Assembly: GCF_009914755.1 (NCBI RefSeq) | Contig: NC_060937.1 | Reading direction: 5' to 3' (one strand) | From: the human T2T-CHM13v2.0 reference genome, Homo sapiens | Length of the DNA stretch: 64,000 bases | Shown here: one piece after another, positions 39,777 to 54,671 of the stretch | Layout: each line of letters begins with the position of its first letter | Numbering within the stretch: the first letter of the stretch is position 1 | The notes under the pieces: model-generated | Seen by the model: the letters and a program-made list of their open reading frames with translations, nothing else | The model's database searches: none | Told to the model about the DNA's origin: nothing | Position numbers and translations under genes: made by a program

Positions 39777-41202
39777 CTATACCCAGCTAACTTCATTCTG
39801 GGCAATTGGAGTCCTGCTTCACTTTCCAACAATAGAAAGATGCAACACATTTTTGTGCATACAGTTTCAGTATAATCAAGCCTTTCTTTTGCTGGATGCT
39901 TATTTAAAGCAAATTTTAGGCACAATGCCCTATTCATTTTACACTTGTTTTATTTTCTTGACTCAGTTTAAAATTTGACGGTGTAATCGTTGAATGCTAA
40001 GATAACTATAATTTTGCTTTATTGTAGTATTATATAGTGGAGGACACTAAATCATTTAATGATGCTTTAGAATATAGTCAATATCTTTCTTTCTGTCCCT
40101 CTTACTCAGTATATTTATGGCATCGGAAAGGCTGTAGCAGCGGATGGTTGCTAAATCTTTCAAATGGAACAATGAACCCAGGCTTGAAGAAATGCAATGC
40201 CTAATCAATTAAACAGGATTATTTTATAGTTTAACATGAAAAAAGGCATCCAGGTATGGTATTTTTTTTAAAAAGGAATATTCTCATTTACCCCACTGAT
40301 TCATCTAGTGCCTCTATGTTGTTGACCTTCAATATCATTAGGGTCTCTCAGCTGAATATTGGGCCCCTATTGCAAAAGGTCTTACTGGGCAATTCTACCC
40401 AGATATCTGGTGGCACCTCAAGCATGACTTATCCAAAATAGAGCTTGTTATCTTATCCCCCCGAAAGGGGATATGGGAAAGTTCCAGTCCTTTCTATCAA
40501 ATCTGTTTATCTTGGTTTCCTATCTTGCTTCATGGCATTAATTGATGGATTCATCCAGCAAATATCTGTTGAGTGTCTTCTAAGAGGCAGGCATTGTTTT
40601 ACATCCTGGATAGATCAATGAATGAAAGAGACAAGGAGCTTTTCTCCAAGGAGCTCATATTCAGATGATATTTTCTCAGTCCAGAAATGTGGTGTAGTAT
40701 CATGTCACCCTGATGCTTCTCTCTCTCTCTCTTTTCAAATCCAGTTGGTCACCATTTCAGTGAGTCTGAATTTCTTTTACACCCCTCAACTCCACCCCAC
40801 TCCTTTGATGATTAATTGTCCTGAGACAGATCATCATCTCCCCCACCTGAATTGTTGCAATACCCTTTATCTGGTTTCTCTGCCTTTATTCCTCTCCTTC
40901 TTTCAGCCCTTCTCCTGCCTCCACCCTCCTGCTAGAGTTATCTTTCTAAAACAGATCTGGTCAAGTACTTCTGCTTTAAAACCACCAATGACTAAAGTGT
41001 ACAAGAGACACTTGATCTTTAAATAGATCCCAAATCTTCATCTGATTTTATGTACTTTTTAAATCTCTTCTCCCACTTCTTTCTGCACTCCTTATGGAAC
41101 TTCTCCCAGACATACTATGGGTTTGTCCTCCTCTGTCCCTATGCTATACTCCCATTCACCGTATCCTGGCTTAGAATCCCTTTCATCAACCTTCACTGCC
41201 TT

Positions 41203-41615
41203 TCTTAAAAAGGTGAACTGAGGCACAACAAAATTTTAGAGTTTATTTGAGCAAACAGTGATTCATGAACCAAGCAGCTTCAAATCAGAAGTTGTTCAGG
41301 AGCTTCACTGAGAGAACACAAGCAGGAGGCTGTCATAGGCTGGACACAGAAGTAAAGAAAATATTTTGCCGATTTGGTTGATCCTGTTGGAAAGTCCCTA
41401 GTTATATAATTATAAGTATATTGGGTACTTCTGACCGGTTGAGCTTAAGTTCTGTTTTCCATTAATATAGGCATTTGCAAAAAAAAAAAAAAAACTCAAG
41501 TTAAGTTTTGCTTATGTTTGCAAATCAAGCAAGGTTTAGGTCACTTATGAGGCCTAACTGGTTTTGTCTGCTCAGAGAGCCTTCAGCTTGGTTTCTGTTT
41601 TAATTTACTTTGATA
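41203..41615 (-). mobile_element. ERV1-class solo LTR (subfamily uncertain)
   Basis: 413 bp with degenerate TG...CA ends, 4 bp TSD cctt at 41199-41202 and 41616-41619, and a reverse AATAAA ('tttatt') near the left end. Confidence 0.7.
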
Positions 41616-41738
41616 CCTTCATTGTCATTAAATATACTCATTAAATTCAAACTTCTTGAAGTAGCAGGGATAACTTTTTCTGTTGTTACTATACCTCTAT
41701 TACAGTACTAATGATATGTTATGAAAACTAAGTATATA

Positions 41739-41995
41739 CATGGACATAAAGATGAAAACAATAAACATTGTTGACTGCTAGAGTGGCGAGGGAGGGAGAG
41801 GCAACAGGGTTGAAAAACTACCTACCGGGGACTATGCTTACTACCTGGGTGACAGGATCAGTCCATATCCCAAACCTAGGCATTATGCAAATACCCACGT
41901 AGCAAACCTGCACATGTACTACCTGAATCTAAAAGTTGAAATTAAAATAAATAAATTAATTAAATAAAATGTGATCATTGTATTTTAAAAAAAAA
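41739..41995 (+). mobile_element. Short 5'-truncated L1PA/PB 3' UTR
   Basis: 'catggacataaagatg...ttgaaaaactacc...aaacctgcacatgtac...ctaaaagttgaaatt'. TSD aaactaagt(a/t)tata at 41725-41738 and 41998-42011. Confidence 0.88.
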
Positions 41996-42049
41996 GGAAA
42001 CTAAGTTTATATGTACTTCTGTCCCACTACAGATAGTCAGCTTTTAAAG

Positions 42050-42365
42050 CAAGGTTTAGCAAACATTTTCTGTAGAGGGTTTCGCGTGCCAAATGGTCTC
42101 TGCCAGCCTAAACTCAGCCACTGCAGTGTGAAAGCATTCATAGATAAAATGTAAAGGAATACTCGCAAGGTTGGTTGTGTTTCCACAAAATTTTATTTAT
42201 GGACACAGAAACTTGAATTTCATATAATTAATTTTCATGTGTTGCTTCTGTTGCTTTGTTGCTTTTTTTTTCTTCCCCTCAACAATTTAAAAATGTAAAA
42301 ACTATTCCTAACTTGTAGACCATACCATACAGGCTCGGCCCATGTTCTATAGTTTGCTCATCCTG
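42050..42365. mobile_element. MER58B-like
   Basis: 'caaggtttagcaaacattttctgtagaggg...gtttccacaaaattttatttatggacac...atagtttgctcatcctg'. Confidence 0.8.
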
Positions 42366-44148
42366 GTCTCAATGGTAGGGTTATTTCATATTTATTTTCA
42401 TGTAACAACACACTAGGCACTGAAGGAATATTTGCTAAAATGAACCACATGGAGAAAAATGATTATCATTTGATGTTCTCTTCCATCCCAAACTGCAGTA
42501 GTGTGATACAGTAAAATTTTTTTCATTAACTGAAGATTAACTAGAAAACCATTTTTAAATTTCAACGTTTGTTAAAAAAAAAATCTTCCTGAAGTATGTT
42601 ATTCCAATTTTCTGCCCTAGTAAGTACACTTTAGTGAACACATTTAATGATTGTCTTGCAGTGGCCCCAGGTCATGATTAAAGATAAGAATTCTCATTGT
42701 GTAGCCAGGTAAATGTAGATATAGAAGGTATAGCTAATTGAGCCCTGAATGCATATAGACTGGGGTTTACTTTAGAAATTGCCTTTTTGATGCAGAGATT
42801 AAATCTCTCACATATACTTGTTTTCCAGTGATATCCTTTTTTCTCTACAAAATGGGGCATAGGTGCCAAAATCAAAAGAAACAGCTATTTAATGAAAGAA
42901 AGGTTCTTATTCGTTGGTCCAGTTCCACTGCTCCCTATATAGGGAAGTGTGAACACTGCTGTTGAGTTCTTCAGTCTTTCTTCCTACTCCTTCACACAAG
43001 GAAATTAAAGATGCAATGTTGGTTAAGGAGAAAACATTGAAAATAAGCAAATTGGTTGTAACATTGACCTACAGGGGAAAAAATGATAGTTATCTATAGT
43101 TTGAATACCTGGCTTAAATGAATTGAAGTTTTCCTTTAAATTAGAGCACCAAAATGGACATTCTAGAAAACACTAGACTCATCAAGGAGTCCCTCCATGT
43201 GGCAAAAGCACAGTCTTCTGTTTTTTTCCACCCAAAATTCACCCGAATGCTTTCTTCTTTCCTAATCATAGTAGATTCTCTATCTTATTTTCCAGCATGG
43301 TGCCATGGAAAAAGCACTCATTTGGATCAGAAGAACTTGGGTGCCTATGTTTGTTCTACAAATTCTGAAACATACGTGCTCTCTCTATCGGATGCCTTAG
43401 CTGTCTAATTATAGAACAATAAGCATAGTACTGATTTATATTTCTCATCATGTTGTTGCCTATTAAGAAAGGACCAAAAGAAGTGGTCTTGTTCAGCCAT
43501 AGCATTGTACTAGAAGAGGCATCATTTCTATTTTTACAAATACAACCTCAAAGAGGTAAAAAAGATTAACGTCTGTCAAGTCAACCTCATCCTTCTATTC
43601 CAGCGTCAGTAATTAAATGCCATTCTTGTGATAGTTATCATTAATGGGAGAGACTGATTTGGCCCATGAATTTTGAAAAATAAATGCAGTGAAAGAAAGT
43701 TCCAGGAAAGGGCTGTTCTGGGCTCAGCAGTAGCTCTTCTCCACTCAAGACACAGAATGTGAATATCAACAGCCAGATGGTCATCCAGGTAGTAGGCTCT
43801 GAAAGGCATCAGGGAGGACCCTCTGGCAAAATCTGTCTTTTATCCCAACTGTCACTGTGTTTGGAATTTCATAAGCATTCAATCTTTTGAGTTAAGCAGT
43901 GTCAATTATTTTTCTTCTTTTCTCTATTCATTCAAGAATTATTTATTAAGCATTAATGATGTATCAATGAGTACGAGGTACTAGAATGAAAAAAAACTGT
44001 TTTAGCTATTAAGATGTCCACAGCCTACTGAAGGAGACAGAAAACAAGCAGTGACACAATAGCTAACATGTATCACATGCTGGACACTGAAAAACAGCTT
44101 ACTGGTCTGCCCTAATTCTCATAACAAACCTATATATGAAAGGCCAAT

Positions 44149-44289
44149 TTATTTATTTTTTCTTTTTTAAATAGAGACAGGGTCTTGTTATGTTGCCCAG
44201 GCTAATCTCAAACTGTTGGACTCAAGCGATTCTTCTGCCTCAGCCTCCCAAAGTGTTGGGAGTACAGGTGTGAGCTATTGCACCTAGCC
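44149..44289 (-). mobile_element. FLAM_C (free left Alu monomer)
   Basis: Single monomer 'tagagacagggtcttgttatgttgcccaggct...ctcaagcgatt...cacctagcc' with a T tail. Confidence 0.9.
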
Positions 44290-44439
44290 TAGAAGCTAAT
44301 TTAAAACTTCATTTTCCATACAGGAGATGAATCCCAAAGAAGTAGATAATATTTTAAGGAAACTGACCTACATTAGGCCATGGGAGAAAAGATGGAGAAG
44401 ACAGGATAAAGAATCAATTAAGAGGGTTTCCTGCTATCT

Positions 44440-46508
44440 TTCCTAATTGCAGTTTCTTCTCTTGTCACCAACTTTCTGATGTTGGAATATCCCAGTACCC
44501 AGTCCTTATTCTTTACTTTTCTATTTTTACTGTGTCCTTTGGTGAACTCATTTAATCTGACAGTTATGAAGACATATATATATACACACACTGATGATTA
44601 CTAATTTAATTTCTCTAGCTGGACCTCTCTTCCAAACCCCAAACATATATCCAATTGCCTACTTGAAACCCCCATACAGATATCTTATAGACACCTCAAA
44701 CTTAACATGTTTCACTAAACACTGATCTTCCTCTAAACCTGTTCCACCTATCTAAGTTGAGAACACTATCATTCCAGTTGCTCACAATAAAAACTGGAGT
44801 CATTCTTGACTCCTCATATTGTCTGATTCCCCATATTTTAATCTGTCAAGAAATCTGACTGGAAGTTAATACCACCAGTTAGTAAGACATATTGATGACA
44901 TGGATATCCTGATATGATGCACTGAGAAGGACACACATCATTTCTGTAATATTCTTGACAAAAAATGCAATCCAATCATGAGAAAACAGCAGACAAACTT
45001 AATCATGGGTCATTCTACAAAATAACTGACCATTACTCATCAAAAGTATCAAGAAAAAACCCAAGGAAATACTGAGGATCCATCTGTCACAGATTGGAGA
45101 AACCCAGGAAAACACAACTACTAAATTCAGTGTGGGATCTTGGAATTAATACTGGAACAAAAAAAGGACATTGGGGAAAAGCTAGAGAACATAACTTGAA
45201 CTTGACATAATGGTATCATATCAGTGTTAATTTCCTGAATTTGAACTTTACAAAATGGCCACATAAGTTAACATTGGGAAAAGCTGAGTGAAGGATATAA
45301 GGGAATTTTCTATATCTTCAATATTTCTACAAATCTAAAATTATTTCAAAACAAAAAGGAAAAATAAATCTTGTTGGACCTTCCTTCAAAATTTATGTAG
45401 AATTTGGCCATTTCTTATAACCTCTGCTGAAACCACGTGGAATTATGATATTATCCTTTACTGGGATTATTGTCATAACCTCCTAATTGGTCTTCTTGCT
45501 TCTGTTCTTGCTCTCCTAAAGTCTGTTTTCAATACAGTAGCCAGAATAATTATAAGTCAAATGTAAAATTCTACCACCCTCCTCACCCCCACCAGTAGAC
45601 TTAGAGTAAAGGCCAAAGTTATTCCATTGCACACAGGTCTGACACTTCCTGGTCCTTGCTTTCCCTTCTGGTCTCCCCTTGTACCACTCTCCCACTCATT
45701 CCCTAGCTCTCACCTCACTGTCCTCTTTGCTGAGTATATTAGAAATATTCCCACTGTAGAAACTGCATGCACTGGCTGTTCCTTATGCCAGGAACACTCT
45801 TCCCCCAGATACCACCTTGGCTGATGCCCTCATACTCGAATATCACATCTCAGTGAAGCTTACCTGTCCTCTCTGTTTAGAATTTCACTCCCTTACTGGG
45901 CGTGGTGGCTCACACCTGTAATCCCAACACTCTGGGAGGCTGAGGATAACTTGAAACCAGGAGTTCAAGACCAGCCTGGGCACATAGCAAGACTGTGTCT
46001 TAAAAAAAAAAGATTAGCCAGGCATGGTGATGCATGCCTGTAGTCCCAGCTACTCAAGAGACTGAGGTGGGAGGATCACTTGAACCCAAAAGTTTGAGGT
46101 TGCAGTGAGCTATGATCATGCCACTGCACTTTAGCCTGAGTGATAGAGCAAGACTCTATCTCTAAAAAATTAAAAAGAAAAAGAAAACAAATTTCACCCT
46201 CTACTGCTCACTGCTCATCTTCACCAGTACTCCCAATCCTCTTAGTTCTGCTCTACTTTAAAAAATTGTTTTCCATCACACTTTTCATTTTCTAAGAGAC
46301 TGTTTATGTTAGTTACTTATCATCATCACCATCATCATCATTGTCATTATCACCAATATCACCCTCATTACTGGTCTTTTAAAACTTGAATGTAAACTCC
46401 AGGATGGCAGGGATCTTTCCCCACTTTCCTTGCTGACATATCCCAAGAGCCTAGAAAAGTTCCTGGCCTAGAGTAGGCACTCCATAAGTACTGGATGAAT
46501 TGGATAAA
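44440..46508 (+). mobile_element. L2 (fragmented) hosting an L1ME 3' end (~44862-45365) and an AluJ
   Basis: L2 motifs 'ccaattgcctacttga', 'ggagtcattcttgactcctc', 'aatgtaaactccaggatggcaggg', ending 'gtaggcactccataagta..tggatgaat'. The L1ME piece contains 'aatcatgagaaaacagcagacaaac'. Confidence 0.75.
45895..46190 (+). mobile_element. AluJ
   Basis: Dimer with a small left-arm deletion, 'gcagtgagctatgatcatgcc'. TSD aatttcac. Confidence 0.92.
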
Positions 46509-48670
46509 AGGTAGACTACACAGGACTGAAAACTACCGTGTTAGGTAACGTATAGGGTGTAGTGCAACTCTATGGCTATTGACTGGGGTAATGGGAAGGA
46601 AGACTGCACCAATAGTCAATACAGAAGAACCGCTTTATAAGGAAAGATGTTTGCTGGATATTCCTGTGAAGATGTCCCATACAATAATTTGTAGCTCTGC
46701 AATTCAGGGTAAAGACCTGGGATGGAAAGAGAGATTTGGAAGTCTTCTCTTGTAATTGAGGCATGAGAAGAAAGACAGAAGGTGGGTGTCTTGTGATTTT
46801 GATATTCATATCCTCAATAGGAGCAAGCCTCTGTGGCATGAAGCTCGGGAAGGCTAGAGGTGGGTGGGAATGGAGCAGAGATCAGAACTGAAGTTGGCTG
46901 GGTGCCAGAGACACATTTTACCTGCTTCAGAATTTGCCATAAAGCAAATCCGTTTATGGTTGAGGGAGGGGGAGGGTTAGAGAAGGCAGACAAACAATTC
47001 CTTGTCATTTAAAATAAAGCAGAACAAAAGGATGGCAGGGCATAACTTCGAATGCCCTCCCCAAAACAAATCAGTCTCAATCTATGTGCAATTTTGCTAT
47101 TATAACTGGGCTGGAGCTGGGGCAGGGTGGGGAACAGTAATGAGGTGCAAAGGAAGGATCATGGCTGAGGTCTTCATTTTCTAAACTCTGACAGTTGAGG
47201 GAACACTCAGTGGTGTTTCTCTTCACCTTTTAGACTATCACCTTGTCCCTTCTTTGGAGCATAAATTTGTCATTAAAGCTTTCACTTGGCACAGATCCGA
47301 TTCATCAGGGAAGACAGAACTCTGTGTTTGCATGCTTCAAGGCAGAGCTTGAGTCTACTTTGGCAAGTGTTACAAGGAAAGGGAGAAAAGAAAATAAGAG
47401 CCATAAATCATCTGGAGGCCAGAATACAGGATTAAAGACACTCGATCCATTTCAGAAAGGACTTCTGCTAGCATGTGTTTACTCAGTGACCCGGTATTCT
47501 CCTTTCAGCCTTTAGTCTCTCCCACTCCATTTGAGCTAGAGAAGTGACATCTTACATTAGAGCCTGCCCTGCTGTGGGGAAAGATCTGGTTCCATGCAGA
47601 CTGGTGGAAGGCTTACTCCAGGTGGGGGCTTGTTTTTAGGCAGCATCCACTTTGAGAATTTCCCGTTCATGTTTATGTGATAGTACATCTTCAGAAATAA
47701 TAAACACTTGTAATGCAACCCTTGTTGGTCTGCGGTAAACAAAGGAGAATGGCGTGATTCCCATCTTGTAACTAATCTGCTCTTCACATGACTAATTTAG
47801 CTGTGCATTCACAGGCTTGGTGAGAATCCAATTGTAAGGGAACGTACACTTCATTAAATTGGGCAATTTCTAAAAACCTAAGCTTTCAGATTTGTGTTTT
47901 CTACAACTGAACTTTAATGAACTATTCTTCCTTTTTAGATAGCCTGAGAACGGTTCTACACTTCATCATGAGTCACCTGGGTAATTATTACCTGGTGATT
48001 TTGTAATAAAATGCTACCTATCAAATGTATCATGCCACTCTTTGCATTATGAAGAAAAAACAATTTCTATATGCCAAATTACACCTGAAAATCGAGGAGA
48101 AAAAAATGTTATAGTTTCTTTTTAAATGTAATAACGCTCGCTGTCAAGAAATACTATAAGGAAACCATTCAGATCGTATTCTCAGGTACGGAAAGGCGTT
48201 TTACCTTAATTCTGGTTATCAGTATCCATTTGGAAATGAGATAACTTGAAAAAGAAATCGACACTTTGGAGCCTCCTATAACCCTTTGTGTTAAAGCTGG
48301 AATTTAGTTGAAGGCAGTCCTCAAATGATGACTTGTCAGTTCATTGTTTTCAATTAGAAGGTATTTATCCAGAGAGAAGAAAGAAGGAAACTAGCATTTA
48401 TTTAACTAGGGTTTCCTGTTATAATGTTTCCAGTGTAATGATGCATGCACGCAAGAACTTAGTATACTGTGAATAATTATTTGTTGAATGAATAAATAAG
48501 CAATTAGCCAATGGCAAAGTGTTCTCTTTGATTTCAGGGACAAGGGGAGCCTTTCAAGCACATTCACCTATTGTTCCTTGGAGACGAGTGACATTGATAG
48601 GGAAAATACTCATGGACCGACCCCTGGAGGCTCCTGTGCCTCAGCAGTAGGGCTGGAAAAGTGTCCTCAA

Positions 48671-48986
<316 letters not shown>

Positions 48987-49873
48987 CTATTAGGGAACTA
49001 ATCTCAGTTTCTCTGGGAATGGAAGGTTAAGGGTTGTAACTGGGTAATCTTTCTGAGATTCTCAACCTCCTGTCTTAGTCCATGGGTGACATCCAGGGAA
49101 ACTCAACAATTCCACACTGGAAAGGAGTCTCCAGTTCCAACACTTTCCTCCCCAAAACACTCACTAATCACCTGGAAGTCTGATTTCAGAGTTAGAGAAT
49201 TTGGCGTAGTTTTGAAATACTATGTGTAGCAATAATGATTTCATATCAGTTTTTCATAGCCTATGTGATCAGAATGACCTGAGTCAGAACCATTCACCAG
49301 CCGGGTAGCCTTCACATCACAGGAGTGGAGCGCTTAAGATTTTTCTCACCTTCTTTATTTGTAAAAGTCACAAAGACTAAAGTTAATCCTGTTGCAAAGC
49401 CGTGGTTCAATTCATCCATGATAGACCCTGATAGGTTTGCCTGGATTTCAGCTATGTCTAATTAAGCCACGGCAATTTGCAGTAAGAGAGAACAAGATGT
49501 GATTGATGGCGTTTACTGTGGATCTGTGGAGTAAGCAGTAAACTCTTCTTTCTAGGTGCATTTGGTTACTTCAGGTCAAAGAGATTTGCATGAGAAAGTT
49601 TTGCACCTGGCAATATAAATTGCATGCTTAATAACTGCATGTGTGGCAAAGGAAATTTTATTAAGGCCTCGGGGCAGATTGGACTTACAGACTGTACATG
49701 CTAACACCAGGAAGGGGCAAGCACAGGGGCTAGTTGCAAAGGATTACAATCTGAGTCTAGGTCTGATGTAGTCTCCAATTCTGAGCAACACTTTTGATGG
49801 TTTGTACCAGGAGTCAGGGCTGGGAAATGCCTCTGAGCTAAACGAGCAGAAGCAGAAATTTGGTACTTGTCTT

Positions 49874-49927
49874 TATATATGTATATACATACATGTGTGT
49901 GTGCGTGTGTGTATATATATATATATG
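49874..49927. repeat. Compound (TA)/(TG) microsatellite
   Basis: Directly visible. Confidence 0.85.
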
Positions 49928-51426
49928 AAATTGTCAAGTTTTGTGGGAGAAGATTAAGTTTAAGAAGTCTAAGAACAGTTTGAATAAGTTACACTCTAGA
50001 ACTCTGGGGAGATGAAAGGTGAGTGATTAAGGTGGTTTCGATCTACACCATAGTAAGTGTTCAGCACTCTCTTTGGCACAGATCAGTTTGCCAGAATTGT
50101 TACACCCTTCCCAGAAGCTTGGGGCTGAAAGATTAAGGACGGTACAGGTCAAAGGTTAGTTATGTTAATATATTTATTTGCGAAAATATACAAAAGCCCT
50201 GATTAACCTTGGCTTTTGAAGTCTGAGCTGTCAGTCCTTCACGTTCATGATCAGTTTTCATCTGAAAATGTTTTCAAACAGTCTAGTATCAAAACAGAAT
50301 CTATGTACCTCAGGTAAAAACATGTTGAACTGCATGGTACCTGTAATACTATGTACACTGGCAGCTTCGTTTGGTAGATACCTATCATGTAAGCTACTCT
50401 TTTGCTCCTATAAATTTAGTTACTATTTTAGGAGAGAAGGTAATTTATTAAAACAGACAACAAAAAAAGACGGGGTGAAGGGAACATTCTTTATTATTTA
50501 AAAAAAAAATCCTTTTTAGAAATTAAGCTTTCAGCTCCTTAATCTGTTAGGGGAGTACTTACTCAAAAACAAAAGAAAACAAAATGAAAACAAAAACTCT
50601 AGGTTCTTTCAGTCTTAGAGGGGTTTAGCAACAAACGATTATTGTTTGCAGACTGATTTTTCTGTGAGAAGGCAAGCTGCCTTAATGACAGCTTATGCAA
50701 TAACAATCCCTGATATAGTATTTACCTGGATGTAGCAACAACTGTGCTGTAAGCCAAGAAGAAGGAGGAAAAAAAGTCAGTATCTTGTGCGTGAGAAGCT
50801 TGTAGATACCCTGAGGTGACTTCATATAATTCTAAAATAGCAGGTAGCTTCTTGCATAGCTAATCAAGGTATCAGCGCCCGGAGCAAATGGAGGTGGCTG
50901 ACAGCGTGCTTTGGTTTCAGATGCATTCAGCTCTTTTTGAGTGATATGAGCTTAATTCATGTTCTAGTTTCCATACGAAAAGTTTATGCATTCTGATTTG
51001 GCAAATATCCTGTCCTATAACCTGACAGCTCTGTGCTTTGATAAAGCTGTTGACCTCAATGTCTTACTTGTACTTATTCATTATATGTGGTGGGAAAGTT
51101 AGTATAGTTTAAAAAAGGGAACAGCCTTTTTTTTTATAAAGCATTTGAATTATATACCCCAACCCTCCACTTTTATTCATTGCTTAGCAAAGGAGGATAC
51201 AGGTGACTCACCTGAAAAACTTGAAATATACTCTGTAGTAAAGTGGAAAGAGCTTAAAGAGAAGGAAGTCTTAAAATTAATTAAAAAAAAGACAGAGAGA
51301 AAGGAGTCATCCTGACTTTGTAAGGTGCGTGGGTCATTTCGGGAGAGAGCAGTTCCTGGGTCAGAGTGAAGGTCACAGAGTGACAGCCTCTGATAAGTTT
51401 AATTGCTAGTGTCTTGAGGTTTTCTA

Positions 51427-51768
<342 letters not shown>

Positions 51769-52408
51769 TTAGGGACCATTGGCCACTAGTAAGGCAATAA
51801 CTAGCCCCGAGGTGGACCTGCCTTACAAAAAGGAGGGCTCTGAATCACATTTATTGCTTTGGCACACAGGAAGCTACAAGTGAAAATGCCATGTGCAAAG
51901 AGCCCATAATTTTACTCTAATAGATATTTAGCAGCTTAAATGAAATAACAAGGAATACATTCACCCAGGCACCATCCAGGAGGATTTGGTGGGTATTTTA
52001 CATTCCACTCTTTGAAAAGAAAAACATAATTTTTGATACTTTCCCAAGATATATGAATATTTCAGCATGCAAAGCAATAATACATAGCATACGTTTCAAG
52101 TTGAACCAAATTCTGTTTGGCCAAAAGGATTTATTGCTGTCACTATAATGCAAGCCAGTCAATCAAGTTGAATTTTTCTTCCAAATCAGTTGATTAGAGC
52201 TCAGTCAGGCAGCTACTTGCTTTCCTGTTTGTTCACATGCTGCTGATTTTCTTGTGCTTAGCTAAGAGGCATGGAATCAACAAATATGAATGCTATAACT
52301 TGCCACTCTGCGCGTGTTTCTCCTTAATCCCTGGACCCCAGCTCTCTCATGGATGGTTTGAATTCCTATAGTTTTTCTTTCTAGCCACTCAAAATTCAGT
52401 GGGTCTAA

Positions 52409-52776
<368 letters not shown>

Positions 52777-52889
52777 CTTCTGATCATTCACTGGCACCTT
52801 CATTAAATGCCCTCCCTCCATGGCGCTTGCCGTCATGCAGTCCCTCTGTGTGTCCGCGCTGAACTGCTGCCATGTTGACAGGATTACTG

Positions 52890-53100
52890 TGCAGTGATTA
52901 CCCTAGTAAAGCACCCGGACTCTCCAGTTAGAACAGAGCAGGATCAAATCCTGCCTTTGTACTTGGTGTAGGACTTTGGTTATCACCCATCTATGAAACA
53001 GGAATAAATTATAGGACTTTCCTCTTAAATAAAAGCATGGAAATCAAGGACTTAGCATGTGTGTCTGGCTAGTCAGTGCTCAGTACATGGTAGTTATTGT
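52890..53100 (+). mobile_element. MIR
   Basis: 'ggactctccagttaga...ggatcaaatcctgcct...catctatgaaacaggaat...gacttagcatgtgtgtctggc..gtcagtgctcagtacatggtagttatt'. Confidence 0.7.
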
Positions 53101-53139
53101 GAGTGTCTGTTGGTCTTCCTGCCTCTCTATCTCTTCCTC

Positions 53140-53738
53140 CCACAATTTTAGTAAAGTGGTCTTCCTCCTACAAGGAGTCAATCAGTCCCCTGCACTCTTC
53201 AGACATCTGCAGTCATTGCTAGTCCTGATGGTCCAGGCTTTTCAATGCACTCAAAGACTTTCCTACAAAACAGAGGAACCCCAGTTCCTTATGCTCAAGT
53301 CTCCATGTCTGTGTCCTGCATCCCAGTCCCACAGGACATTTTGTGCTGTCAAATCCACTCTTGTACTTCCGGGCCTTTGCTCACGCTCTGTCTGGAATGC
53401 CTCTTTCTTTCTCTGTCCCTTGTTAAAATTCTACTCATCCCTCGAGGTCTTGTTCAAATGCCACATCTTTCGGGAAATATTTTTGTCTAAATGTGTTTTG
53501 AAATCTTCCTTGGCCATCTAGTTAGAATTGATTCCTCCATTGGCCACAGTCTCACAGCACTTTGCTTGTACCTTGGGTTCAACTAGACCTATTGTATTTT
53601 GCAAAAGAGTTAGTTGCTCAAATCTATGTCCTTCCTGGCCTTCTAAACAACTTCAGGGAAGGAACTGTGACTTCGTAAAATCAATATCCACACAGTGCTT
53701 TGCTCCTAATATGTGATCTGTGTTTTACAATTGAATTA
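53140..53738 (+). mobile_element. Degenerate L2
   Basis: 'gggcctttgctcacgc..tgtctggaatgc...aaattctactcatcc...ttcaaatgccac'. Confidence 0.55.
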
Positions 53739-54671
53739 AAACTGGATATGAAATAGATGGCTTTTAAATATCTGTGAGTGAGCTGCGTCCATTGGTCTGG
53801 GCAGATCTGTTACAGAGCTTAGTAAGTGAGTGTGGCTCTGGCAACATAACAGTATAGTAAAGGGAAAGGCACAGGACTTTCCAATCTCTTTGACAGCAGC
53901 CTAGACCTCACTTATTCCAAACCCTTGATGAGATAGCAGATGGGATGTGAGCTAATGGATGGGAGTCATCTGTTACTTGAAGAGGTTAAGGGAGAGGGGT
54001 TTCCTCTTCTACTAAGAGGATGGAGAGAGGAAGAACTACTTCTAATTGGTGCATACCTCCAAGTTGTGGTTCTTGGCCAGTCTGTGGTGAGATCTGGTCA
54101 GGGAGTTGGGATTCATTCCTGGATTCCAAATGGTTTCCAGGTTGTGCTGACATAGCAGAGGAATTCGGCTTCCAGCATAGAGCCATGCTTTCTCAGTAGT
54201 TGAAACAGTTCACTAGCTGTGCCAATGGGAAAGGTGTTGGAGGTGTCTGTGGTGAGGATGCTACTTGTCTACTGAAACCTTCTTTCTCTTGTTCCTGAAT
54301 AAGAGTTGCAGATGGGATATGGCTGCCTGCCTCAGCACCTCAGTTCCTAGCCTTGCTTGCAGCTAGGTCAGGCACAGAAATACGCTCAAGAGGGTTGTGT
54401 GCAACTTCCCACTCTCTTCCTAAAGGAGAGTCTCTGGTGCTGGAACTCCACTTTTTCCTCTCTTCCTATTGGTTGGGATGGAAGCCCTTAACCTGGCCCT
54501 GGAAGCCACTTGTTGAAGATGGCAGAGCTCTGTCAGCCTGGCTCCCTGAACACTTGCGTGAATGGGAGCCTCCTGATGGGGCTGGGAGAGTTTCAGCCAT
54601 TGCTTTGCAGTTATTTTAGTAGCTGTCATTTCTGCAATACAATGTCTTTTCTTTTTCCATCTCTAAAAAGC

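Larger units (their letters stand above)
40335..42445 (+). mobile_element. Fragmented L2 hosting later insertions
   Basis: Pyrimidine-rich L2 sense motifs ('cacctgaattgttgcaatacc', 'gctagagttatctttctaaaac'), interrupted by an LTR, an L1 and a MER58. Confidence 0.55.

Noticed and set aside
47107-47132. Possible G-quadruplex (gggctggagctggggcagggtgggg)
   Set aside because: Single motif with a long loop and no supporting context.
53057-53521. 154 aa ORF
   Set aside because: Overlaps MIR and L2 relics; no recognisable protein.
53940-54300. Purine-rich unique segment with short ORFs on both strands, possible exon or pseudogene
   Set aside because: No recognisable homology, no clear splice-site pair, no poly(A) tail or TSD.
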